Shown here: in pieces, positions 24,179-32,000 of the stretch
Position numbering within the stretch: the first letter of the stretch is position 1
Layout of the letters: every line of letters starts with the position of its first letter
Assembly: GCF_000020025.1 (NCBI RefSeq)
Contig: NC_010628.1
Span: forward strand, 6,840,001 to 6,872,000
DNA length: 32,000 nt
From: Nostoc punctiforme PCC 73102
GTDB taxonomy: Bacteria > Cyanobacteriota > Cyanobacteriia > Cyanobacteriales > Nostocaceae
Reading direction: 5' to 3'
Notes under the pieces: generated by a model
What the model saw: only the letters and a program-made list of their open reading frames with translations
Told to the model about the DNA's origin: nothing
The model's database searches: none
Made by a program: the position numbers and the translations under genes

Positions 24179-25381
24179 TTAACTTTTTATTTGCCGCGAC
24201 CAAATGCGAGTTGGTAGTCCCCAAACATAGATAAAACCTTCAGCAGCTTTATGGTCAAATTGGTCATCGGCTCCGTAGGTTGCCAAATCAGGAGTATAGA
24301 GGGAACTATCGCTCGAACGCCCAACTATCGTGGAGTTACCCTTGAATAGCTTCACTCGCACAGTTCCAGAGACTCGCTCTTGTGTCTTTTGAATAAAGGC
24401 ATCTAGTGCAACTTTGAGTGGACTGTACCACAAACCGTTGTAAACGATTTGGCTATAAGTTTCTTCAATGCCACGTTTGTAATGGGTGACATCTGCCGTC
24501 AAAGTCAAGCTTTCTAAATCCCGATGTGCCTGAATTAGCACTAACATCGCGGGTGATTCGTAGATTTCCCGCGATTTGATGCCAACCAGACGGTTTTCAA
24601 TCATATCTATCCGTCCAACACCGTGATTTCCTACAAGCTGATTGAGTTCTTCAATTAGTTCAACTGGCTGTTTAGCTATACCGTTGAGGGTTGTGGGAAT
24701 ACCACCGTGGAAACCAATTTTGATGTACTCTGGCTCGTTGGGAGTGTCAGCGATCGCTTTAGTCATCTCATAAATTTCTTCTGGTGGCTCAAATGATGGA
24801 TCTTCGAGTAAACCAGCTTCAATGCTACGACCGAGCAAATTTTTGTCAATGCTGTAGGGAGAAGATTTTTTGACTGGTGAGGGGATACCAAACTTCTCAC
24901 CATAAGCGATGGTTTCCTCACGGCTCATACCCCATTCTCTGGCTGGTGCGAGGATTTTTAGGTTGGGGTTGAGGGCAGTCACAGAGACATCAAAGCGAAC
25001 CTGATCGTTACCTTTGCCAGTGCAACCGTGAGCGATCGCATCAGCACCATATTTTTCAGCCGTTTCTACTAATATCTTAGCGATCAGTGGACGGGCAAGA
25101 GCAGTTCCTAGAGGATAACGATTTTCATAAAGTGCGTTGGCTTGAATCGCTCCAAAAGCGTAATCTTTAACGAAGCTGTCTTTGACATCCGCCACGAGTG
25201 ATTCACTTGCACCCGATTTCAGAGCTTTTTCTCGAATTGGCTCTAATTCATCTCCCTGACCTAAATCTGCTGCTAGGGTAATCACCTCTTCCACACCCCA
25301 CTCCTGTTTGAGGTAAGGGATGCAAACGGAAGTATCCACTCCACCAGAATATGCCAGGACAACCTTTTTGGCGCGACCCAT
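24179..25381 (-). CDS. argG: Argininosuccinate synthase
   Basis: [12 protein letters not shown] (ATP PPi-loop), [13 protein letters not shown] and [14 protein letters not shown] are present. ATG 25381 is preferred to the upstream GTG 25393. Confidence 0.95.
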   Translation of the reverse strand: MGRAKKVVLAYSGGVDTSVCIPYLKQEWGVEEVITLAADLGQGDELEPIREKALKSGASESLVADVKDSFVKDYAFGAIQANALYENRYPLGTALARPLIAKILVETAEKYGADAIAHGCTGKGNDQVRFDVSVTALNPNLKILAPAREWGMSREETIAYGEKFGIPSPVKKSSPYSIDKNLLGRSIEAGLLEDPSFEPPEEIYEMTKAIADTPNEPEYIKIGFHGGIPTTLNGIAKQPVELIEELNQLVGNHGVGRIDMIENRLVGIKSREIYESPAMLVLIQAHRDLESLTLTADVTHYKRGIEETYSQIVYNGLWYSPLKVALDAFIQKTQERVSGTVRVKLFKGNSTIVGRSSDSSLYTPDLATYGADDQFDHKAAEGFIYVWGLPTRIWSRQIKS

Positions 25382-25824
25382 TAATTTCTCCACTTAGGAC
25401 AACAAAGAATGAGTCATTATTATATCTGAACTAACCCAGGTATATTTTATTCATGCAACAACCTATAGAAGGATTTAGAAGTTAGGAGTCAGAATTACGG
25501 TTCACTCTCGTGGAAGTTTACTTATAAAGCGATCGCTTGAATATAAATATTTTTAAGCCAGTTTTGAACGTCTCAATATTTTTAATGAGATTAATGGAAA
25601 ATATTTTTTGTTTTCAAGAAGTGTTGATAATCAGCTTCAAATATCAACATAGCCTACTGTAAATATGGAATAAGTTTACACAACTTTTACATATAACTGA
25701 CAAACTTGAAGATTTAACCACGATCATCTTTTGTTTATTATTTCTTAACCTACATACATAGGTTGAAAGTTTATTTAAGTGAAATTACAGAATTAATCAT
25801 TTTTTAGCTTCGGAGCTTTGTCTG

Positions 25825-26382
25825 ATGAAATTAGCTAAAGATATTAGCATTGCTGCTTTTGCTGTTGCTATCTCGGTTGCTACTATTGTTAAACCGACGC
25901 AAGCTGCCTTGGTTAATTATGGTTTCACCGTGAATGCGACATCGGGCGATAATCCCGGTCAATATTTCGGCTCTTTTCAATATAATGACTCGATCTTAAC
26001 CAGCATAGGTGAGGAAACTCTAGGCGTTAGCAATGGATTATCTATTGCCTTTGACTACTTGGGTAGTCAGTATACAGAGGCAAGTGATTTTGATTACCCA
26101 GTATCTCCTGTAGTCAGCTTTACAGATGGCAACCTGTCAGGACTGAGCTATTTAGTTGAAGATCAGTTTTTTATTGGTAACGATCCAGGTAATCCAAATA
26201 CAGGTGGAACAAAATTTTATAGCATTCTGAGTGCTGACTTATTGTCTACAACAGAGTTGGGTACAGTAAGCTACTCTAAGAGTACACCCGTACCAGAACC
26301 GATGACTCTTGGTGGTATAGCGATGGCAGGTGCTATGGCGTTGGGAATGAAACGCAAGAAAAAACTATCTGGAGTGAATTAG
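25825..26382 (+). CDS. PEP-CTERM sorting-domain secreted protein
   Basis: It has an N-terminal signal peptide. The C-terminal VPEPMTLGGIAMAGAMALGMKRKKK gives the PEP motif, a TM helix and a basic tail. Confidence 0.8.
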   Translation: MKLAKDISIAAFAVAISVATIVKPTQAALVNYGFTVNATSGDNPGQYFGSFQYNDSILTSIGEETLGVSNGLSIAFDYLGSQYTEASDFDYPVSPVVSFTDGNLSGLSYLVEDQFFIGNDPGNPNTGGTKFYSILSADLLSTTELGTVSYSKSTPVPEPMTLGGIAMAGAMALGMKRKKKLSGVN

Positions 26383-26400
26383 TTAGCGCTACTTTGCAAA

Positions 26401-26438
26401 TGAATGTAGAGACGTTATTTATAACGTCTCTACATTCA
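26401..26438. terminator. Perfect 18-bp-arm palindrome (tgaatgtagagacgttat/tt/ataacgtctctacattca) between convergent genes
   Basis: Read directly. It is a member of the GTAGAGACG hairpin family. It lies 19 nt after the PEP-CTERM stop and 6 nt after the PhoX-like stop. Confidence 0.65.
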
Positions 26439-26443
26439 TAAGT

Positions 26444-28807
26444 CTAAGTAAAATCACCAGTAGGATTCTTACGTTTGATGCCAATTACAGATGGTTTAGG
26501 AAAGCTTCTAGGTTGACCTTTACCACCGTCAGCAGTTGGGATATTACTTGGCCAACTACTACCACGAGGCACTGTGCGAGCCTGATTGAATGTAACACCA
26601 CTCAAATCCAGTAATTCAATATCACGACTCAAAATCGTACCATCGTTAATTGGGCTATCTTCACCAGGATGCTGGACGGAAATAATCAGCGTATCTCCCA
26701 CAAAAGTTGGCCCGGTCATCTCACAACGCACTGGCCCATGAGCAAACGGTATTACCTCTCCCGCGTTAGCACCAGTAGTAGGAATGTAGAATAGCCAGTT
26801 ATTACCAAAAACTCCTGTGAAGTTAGAAACATTACCATTGGCTGTGTGGTCGATGGTAGTTACAGTACCGGCAGCACCAACATTAAAACCATTGTGAGTG
26901 GTGGTAGACATATCTGTTACCCCCCAAATATTTGCCTTATTGTCGAACACTAGGTTATCTACATTGGCAAAACCAGCACCAGAAATTGATCCGGCTTCTC
27001 CACCCTGAGCAAATCTCTGCCAACGGAAGGTTAGACCTGCGCCATCAACACTATCTTCAATAATTTTGTACAATCCCCCTGATTGCTGCGTTGCGTTGAC
27101 ATCTTTACTCAACTTGGCAACCTGGAAAATGCGTGAATCTGGATAACCGTCACTTCCCGGCGCACCATCAGTATATGCAATGAACACTTCTTTAGTGGTC
27201 GGATGCACTTCTATATCTTCTGGACGTGCGGTGGGAGTTCCGCCGGCTAAATTCGCTGCTAAGAAGGCATCAGCGAGAATAGCACCTTGGGAAGTGTAGA
27301 AGTCAGATAGCTTCTTACCTTGATAACCAGGTAGTCTATCAGCTTCATTGGTGCGATCGACTGCGAGGGAACCACCATCTGTAGTTTGACCTGCAATACC
27401 ATTGCGTTTTGGTAGAGGTAAAAGACCATTTCTTTGAGCCGAACCCAAAGCAGCAAACTCCACAGAAGAAATCACCGATGGTGAAATAGGATTGGTGGGA
27501 CTAGTTAAACGTAACGGTATCCATTGACCCGTACCATTTGGATTGTAGCGGGCGACATACAATGTACCACTTTCCCACAAACTGCTGTTAGCTTTACTGG
27601 TTGGTGAAGAAATCACACCTGCACTGATAAATTTCCAGGTGTGTCCCCCACGTCTATCATCACCCATGTAGGCGATTAATGGTTTCTTAGCTTCAGCACG
27701 GATGGCAACGTTTTCATGGCGGAAACGACCCAACGAAGTATGTTTACGAGGGCGGAAATTCGGATTAACAGGATCAATTTCGACAATCCAACCGTATTTT
27801 TCACCAACTAAACCGAAGGTCTTACCAGTGGTGCCATCGATGTAACCTGTTTGAGTACCATTAGGGGTAACTGGTTCTGTGACACCAACAAAAGATCCTA
27901 CACTTCCTTGAAAGTTTTCTTCAGCACTTAAAATAGTTCCCCAAGGAGTTGTACCGCCAGAGCAGTTATAGCCAGTGCCGATAATTTTGTTACCCAATCC
28001 ATCGGAGGAGAGGTTAAATACTTGGGTTGCAGCTGGACCAGTTGCGATGAGATAGTTTTGATCGCCTTTTTGGTAGCTACGACTTCCCCAAGAAGTGACA
28101 TTTTTATACTCATCACTCCTTTGGCTATTAATTCCCAACCCAGAAAGACCATGAAGGCGGCGATTCCTCACATCACCTTTAACCACAGCATAACGGTTAC
28201 TGGAATTACGTCGGGAGATGCGGATGATTGATCCGCCTAAGTTATATAGTGCTTCGCCGTCAAATTCAATATTTCTAGTAGAAGGTAAAGCCCAACCAAT
28301 CACCGATTCAAAGGTGGTAGGCAATCCTTTAACATCTGCTGGAGCTTCTGGTGCTAGATCGGAAAAAGGAAAACTCACATATTCGTGATTGACCCACAAA
28401 TAGCCGACATCGTTGGTTCTGCCCAGAGGAATAAAACCCGTATAATCGTTGTTGTAGCCGAAATAATCATCAGGGTTAGGAAAGACGCGATCGCCCCAGC
28501 TGATAATTACATAACGTTCATACTCTGGTGGCACTACAACATCATCAACTACGTTGTAGCTGTTTAACTTCGCATTTGCAGATGGATTGATTACCTGCCC
28601 TTGACAAATTGCAGTTGGCAAAAAACTTTTTTGCTGTCTATAAATCGGTAAGGGATGGGGTAAGCGCACTGGTGTAAAGCTTAGTCGTCTGTTATTTGCT
28701 CCTGCAATTTTAGAAATACCATCTAGAATTGTGTCTCCCAATACAGTAGCACCAGCACTGCCAGCAAAAAATACTAAAATTTGTCTGCGACTTAATTTAG
28801 ACATCAA
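26444..28807 (-). CDS. PhoX/DUF839-family secreted phosphatase-like beta-propeller protein with Tat signal
   Basis: 787 aa. The twin-arginine signal is SRRQILVFFAGSAGA. VDNLVFDNKANIWGVTD and CEMTGPTFVGDTLIISVQHPGE resemble PhoX-family C-terminal motifs. Confidence 0.7.
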   Translation of the reverse strand: MMSKLSRRQILVFFAGSAGATVLGDTILDGISKIAGANNRRLSFTPVRLPHPLPIYRQQKSFLPTAICQGQVINPSANAKLNSYNVVDDVVVPPEYERYVIISWGDRVFPNPDDYFGYNNDYTGFIPLGRTNDVGYLWVNHEYVSFPFSDLAPEAPADVKGLPTTFESVIGWALPSTRNIEFDGEALYNLGGSIIRISRRNSSNRYAVVKGDVRNRRLHGLSGLGINSQRSDEYKNVTSWGSRSYQKGDQNYLIATGPAATQVFNLSSDGLGNKIIGTGYNCSGGTTPWGTILSAEENFQGSVGSFVGVTEPVTPNGTQTGYIDGTTGKTFGLVGEKYGWIVEIDPVNPNFRPRKHTSLGRFRHENVAIRAEAKKPLIAYMGDDRRGGHTWKFISAGVISSPTSKANSSLWESGTLYVARYNPNGTGQWIPLRLTSPTNPISPSVISSVEFAALGSAQRNGLLPLPKRNGIAGQTTDGGSLAVDRTNEADRLPGYQGKKLSDFYTSQGAILADAFLAANLAGGTPTARPEDIEVHPTTKEVFIAYTDGAPGSDGYPDSRIFQVAKLSKDVNATQQSGGLYKIIEDSVDGAGLTFRWQRFAQGGEAGSISGAGFANVDNLVFDNKANIWGVTDMSTTTHNGFNVGAAGTVTTIDHTANGNVSNFTGVFGNNWLFYIPTTGANAGEVIPFAHGPVRCEMTGPTFVGDTLIISVQHPGEDSPINDGTILSRDIELLDLSGVTFNQARTVPRGSSWPSNIPTADGGKGQPRSFPKPSVIGIKRKNPTGDFT

Positions 28808-29254
28808 ACTCTCCTCTGTTGTGACATAAAAAATTTAGTAGAGGCAAATCTTGATTACTGACAGAAAAAGCCATCAATTATTTACGTGAAATGCCACAGA
28901 TTTTGAACAGTAAGTAACCTGTTATTAACAAAAGGTTGTTTGCTATTTAGGTTACATAGCTAGACAAAAAGTTTTAAGTTTGTCATATAATCTAATGACC
29001 AAAAATTAACATTAGGTTATATGTTGATTAATGGAGATTTATCAAACAAAATTCAGGAGTCAGAAGTCATAATTCAGAATGAATTCTGCCCTGTTAAATA
29101 AACTTACTTTGAGAATTTTCGGACGGATACCAATTAGAGATGGTCGGGTAATACCTATAAAAATTATTTCCTTTGACATTTTCTTAACCAGAATCAGCTA
29201 AGGAACAGTGTCAGCGCCTCATCTGTCCTATTCTGGAGATGGATAAATAATGTT

Positions 29255-30208
29255 GTGGGTGAGACTGTGTTTTTCAGCGTTGTGATACCGACTTATAATC
29301 GCCAACCGATCTTAGAAAAGTGCCTCCGCGCCTTGGAGGTGCAAGAGTTAAGCCAGCCAAGTTCGGTTACTAATTACGAGATTGTCTTGGTGGATGATGG
29401 TTCTACTGATGGCACATTGGAGTGGTTGGCAGAACATAAAGAAGAGTTTCGCCATGTGCGATGGTTTCAGCAAGATCATGCTGGCCCAGCTGCGGCTCGG
29501 AATTTGGGAGTAAAAAAGGCGCTGGGAGACACAATTATCTTTATTGATAGTGATTTAGTAGTGCTGAATAATTTCTTGCAAGCTCATGCTAATGCATTAT
29601 TGCAGGGACAAGAGAAATTAGGGAGCGATCGCTTTTTCACTTACGGCGCAGTTATTAATACTTGTAATTTCGACAATCCAACGGCTGAACCCTACAAAGT
29701 CACAGATTTTTCAGCAGCTTTTTTTGCTACCGGAAATGTAGCAATTCCTAAACATTGGCTAGAGAAAGCCGGACTTTTTGATACCAGTTTCCAACTCTAT
29801 GGCTGGGAAGATTTAGAATTGGGTGTGCGACTGAAAAAACTAGATTTGACACTAATTAAATGTCCAGAAGCCGTTGGATATCACTGGCATCCAGCATTTA
29901 AATTAGAGCAAATTCCCCGATTGATTGACCAAGAAATTCAACGCGGACGTATGGGAGTTTTGTTTTATCAAAAACATCCCACATGGGAAGTGCGAATGAT
30001 GATTCAAATGACTTGGCTGCATCGTTTACTTTGGGGACTTTTGTCCCTCAATGGCGCACTTAATGAACGGACAATGGCTCCATTATTGCAATGGCTAATT
30101 AACTTAGGTAAACCTCAATTAGCTTTAGAAATTGCTCGGATTTTCCTCAATTGGTATAACGTGAAGGGTGTCTATGAAGCCTATGCCGAAATGCAACAAG
30201 CATTGTGA
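29255..30208 (+). CDS. Family 2 glycosyltransferase
   Basis: FSVVIPTYNRQPILEKCLRAL, VLVDDGSTDGT and IFIDSDL (DxD) are present, with GWEDLELG. Confidence 0.85.
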   Translation: MGETVFFSVVIPTYNRQPILEKCLRALEVQELSQPSSVTNYEIVLVDDGSTDGTLEWLAEHKEEFRHVRWFQQDHAGPAAARNLGVKKALGDTIIFIDSDLVVLNNFLQAHANALLQGQEKLGSDRFFTYGAVINTCNFDNPTAEPYKVTDFSAAFFATGNVAIPKHWLEKAGLFDTSFQLYGWEDLELGVRLKKLDLTLIKCPEAVGYHWHPAFKLEQIPRLIDQEIQRGRMGVLFYQKHPTWEVRMMIQMTWLHRLLWGLLSLNGALNERTMAPLLQWLINLGKPQLALEIARIFLNWYNVKGVYEAYAEMQQAL

Positions 30209-30244
30209 TTACATACCATGAGACTGGTATTTTATCCGGTCACA

Positions 30245-32000
30245 TTACGTCAAAATCGCTCCACCCATCAACCGCTCATATCGATATTTCAATTCTTCTT
30301 TTATTAAATACCAGCGCTCTAGAGTAACATCCATCTCTATTATTTTTTCTGCTGCTTGCCGCGCTAAAAGTAAAACTTCTTCATCTTCAACCAAACTTGC
30401 TAAGGTAAAATCTGGCACTCCCGATTGACGAGTTCCCAGTACTTGTCCTGGCCCACGAAAACGCATATCCATCTCGGAGATGAAAAAGCCATCCTGAGAT
30501 TGCTCCAACACCTTCAATCGTTGTTGAGCATCAGGGCTTCTGGAACTGCTCATCAACAAACAATAAGACTGAGCCGCGTCACGACCGACACGCCCGCGCA
30601 GTTGGTGCAGTTGCGATAAGCCAAATCGCTCTGCATTTTCAATGAGCATAACTGTAGCATTAGGTACGTCTACACCTACCTCAACAACAGTAGTCGAAAC
30701 CAAAACCTGCGTTTGGTTATCACGGAATTTGGTAATAGATTCGTCCTTTTCGGCTGAACTCATGCGACCGTGTAGCAACCCAACTTGAAAGTCAGGAAAA
30801 ACGCTTTCTTGTAACTTTTGATGCTCATCAACAGCCGATCGCAAATCTAATTTTTCTGATTCTTCCACTAATGGCAAAACCACATAAACTTGTCTACCTT
30901 GGACAATTTCTCGGCGGATCAGGTCGTAAGCATGGTTGCGTTGCTGACCAGACAATACTGTTGTCTGAATCTTTTGCCGTCCTGGTGGTAACTCATCAAT
31001 CTGACTCACATCCAAATCGCCATGTATCGTCAACGCTAAGGTTCGGGGAATCGGGGTAGCTGTCATAGTTAACACATGGGGTTGCTCGCCTTTTTGCTGC
31101 AAACGCGCTCGTTGTTCTACCCCAAAGCGATGCTGTTCATCTATCACCACTAACCCCAATTGCTGGAAGTTTACAGAGTCTTGAATTAAGGCATGAGTTC
31201 CCACTAACAGAGGTAATTCACCAGTTCCTAACTGAGAATGTATTTGTCTTCGTTTCGCAGTTTTGGTGGAACCTGTCAGTAATTCCACTGGTAAATGCAA
31301 GAGATTAAACCAACTAACCAACTTACGATAATGTTGTTCTGCCAAAACTTCTGTGGGAGCCATTAACGCCGCTTGGTAGCCAGATTGAATTGCTGCAAGG
31401 ATAGCTAGCACGGCAACGACTGTTTTACCAGAACCGACATCACCTTGCACCAAACGATTCATTGGCACAGGTTTTTGTAAATCGTTGAGAATATCGTTAA
31501 GGACTCGTTGCTGCGCGCCAGTGAGTTTAAAAGGCAGTATTTCGTGGAATTTTTCTACAAGTTGGCCTCGCGGGACGAGGATGGCGCTAGTTTGAATTGC
31601 CCTTGCTTGCTGCTGACGTTGCAATAACCCAAGTTGCAGGTAGAAAAATTCATCAAAAACTAGGCGACGACGGGCAACTTGTAGGGCGGCGCTATCGCTA
31701 GGAAAATGGATATTAGCGATCGCATCTTTCAATTCCATCAAACCATATTTCTGCCGCAAACCACTTGGTAAAGGGTCTTTCAGGTTAGCGGCAGCAGGTA
31801 AAGCAGCAATTACCGCCTGTCGGACTGTATTTGCCACCACGCCTTCAGTCAATCCATAAATTGGCACTACTCGCCCAATATTCAGCGACTCAATCGAATC
31901 TCCTGGATTTGCCAAAACTTCTAGTTCTGGATTATCAAGCGTCAAGCCGTATTTACTTTCTTTCACCAACCCACACGCGGCTAAAATACTACCCACTGGA
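30245..32000 (-). CDS. recG: ATP-dependent DNA helicase RecG (N-terminus beyond the window edge)
   Basis: GDVGSGKTVVA, VIDEQHRFGV, TATPIPRTL, QLRGRVGR and the C-terminal TRG-like region FRGPGQVLGTRQSG are present. The frame stays open to the window end. Confidence 0.93.
   Translation of the reverse strand, partial: PVGSILAACGLVKESKYGLTLDNPELEVLANPGDSIESLNIGRVVPIYGLTEGVVANTVRQAVIAALPAAANLKDPLPSGLRQKYGLMELKDAIANIHFPSDSAALQVARRRLVFDEFFYLQLGLLQRQQQARAIQTSAILVPRGQLVEKFHEILPFKLTGAQQRVLNDILNDLQKPVPMNRLVQGDVGSGKTVVAVLAILAAIQSGYQAALMAPTEVLAEQHYRKLVSWFNLLHLPVELLTGSTKTAKRRQIHSQLGTGELPLLVGTHALIQDSVNFQQLGLVVIDEQHRFGVEQRARLQQKGEQPHVLTMTATPIPRTLALTIHGDLDVSQIDELPPGRQKIQTTVLSGQQRNHAYDLIRREIVQGRQVYVVLPLVEESEKLDLRSAVDEHQKLQESVFPDFQVGLLHGRMSSAEKDESITKFRDNQTQVLVSTTVVEVGVDVPNATVMLIENAERFGLSQLHQLRGRVGRDAAQSYCLLMSSSRSPDAQQRLKVLEQSQDGFFISEMDMRFRGPGQVLGTRQSGVPDFTLASLVEDEEVLLLARQAAEKIIEMDVTLERWYLIKEELKYRYERLMGGAILT

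Noticed and set aside
27259-28567. Short ORFs 27259-27456, 27928-28152, 28022-28231 and 28385-28567 within the PhoX-like gene, on either strand.
   Set aside because: They are all nested in the 787-aa ORF, which has clear family motifs. They have no independent support.

Overview
This is a chromosomal window from a filamentous, heterocyst-forming cyanobacterium (Nostoc/Anabaena type). The taxonomic call rests on about 25 HIP1 palindromes (GCGATCGC) counted by eye, CCCCAAT-type STRR heptamers, XisH/XisI genes and many dispersed hairpin repeats. The core content is easy to recognise. It includes ndhC-ndhK-ndhJ (minus strand), divergent from rubA-ycf48-psbE-psbF-psbL-psbJ. psaI is also present but is too short for the ORF track. 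Other core genes are a Tic20-like protein, an FAH-family hydrolase, rpsF, a STAS anti-sigma antagonist, a DedA protein, argG, a PEP-CTERM protein, a Tat-signal PhoX/DUF839-like phosphatase, a GT2 glycosyltransferase and a 5'-truncated recG. Between a PstS-like gene (457-1533) and ndhJ (10230) lies an accessory stretch of about 8.6 kb that holds the most interesting material. (i) A same-strand, translationally coupled P-loop ATPase plus TPR protein is followed by a xisH (frameshifted)/xisI pair. (ii) A repeat-dense spacer contains a 10 x 21-bp tandem array. (iii) A RAYT (IS200-like Y1 transposase) is flanked by REP/REPIN hairpins. (iv) A ParA-type ATPase carrying an N-terminal PD-(D/E)xK/HsdR_N-like domain is coupled to a degenerate ParB-like protein with a Rho_N/SAP tail. 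Items (i) and (iv) are my best candidates for undescribed conflict or maintenance systems. A 1010-aa acidic protein carrying near-identical 240-bp higher-order repeats is also notable. All functional calls come from motif recognition by eye. No database search was possible.
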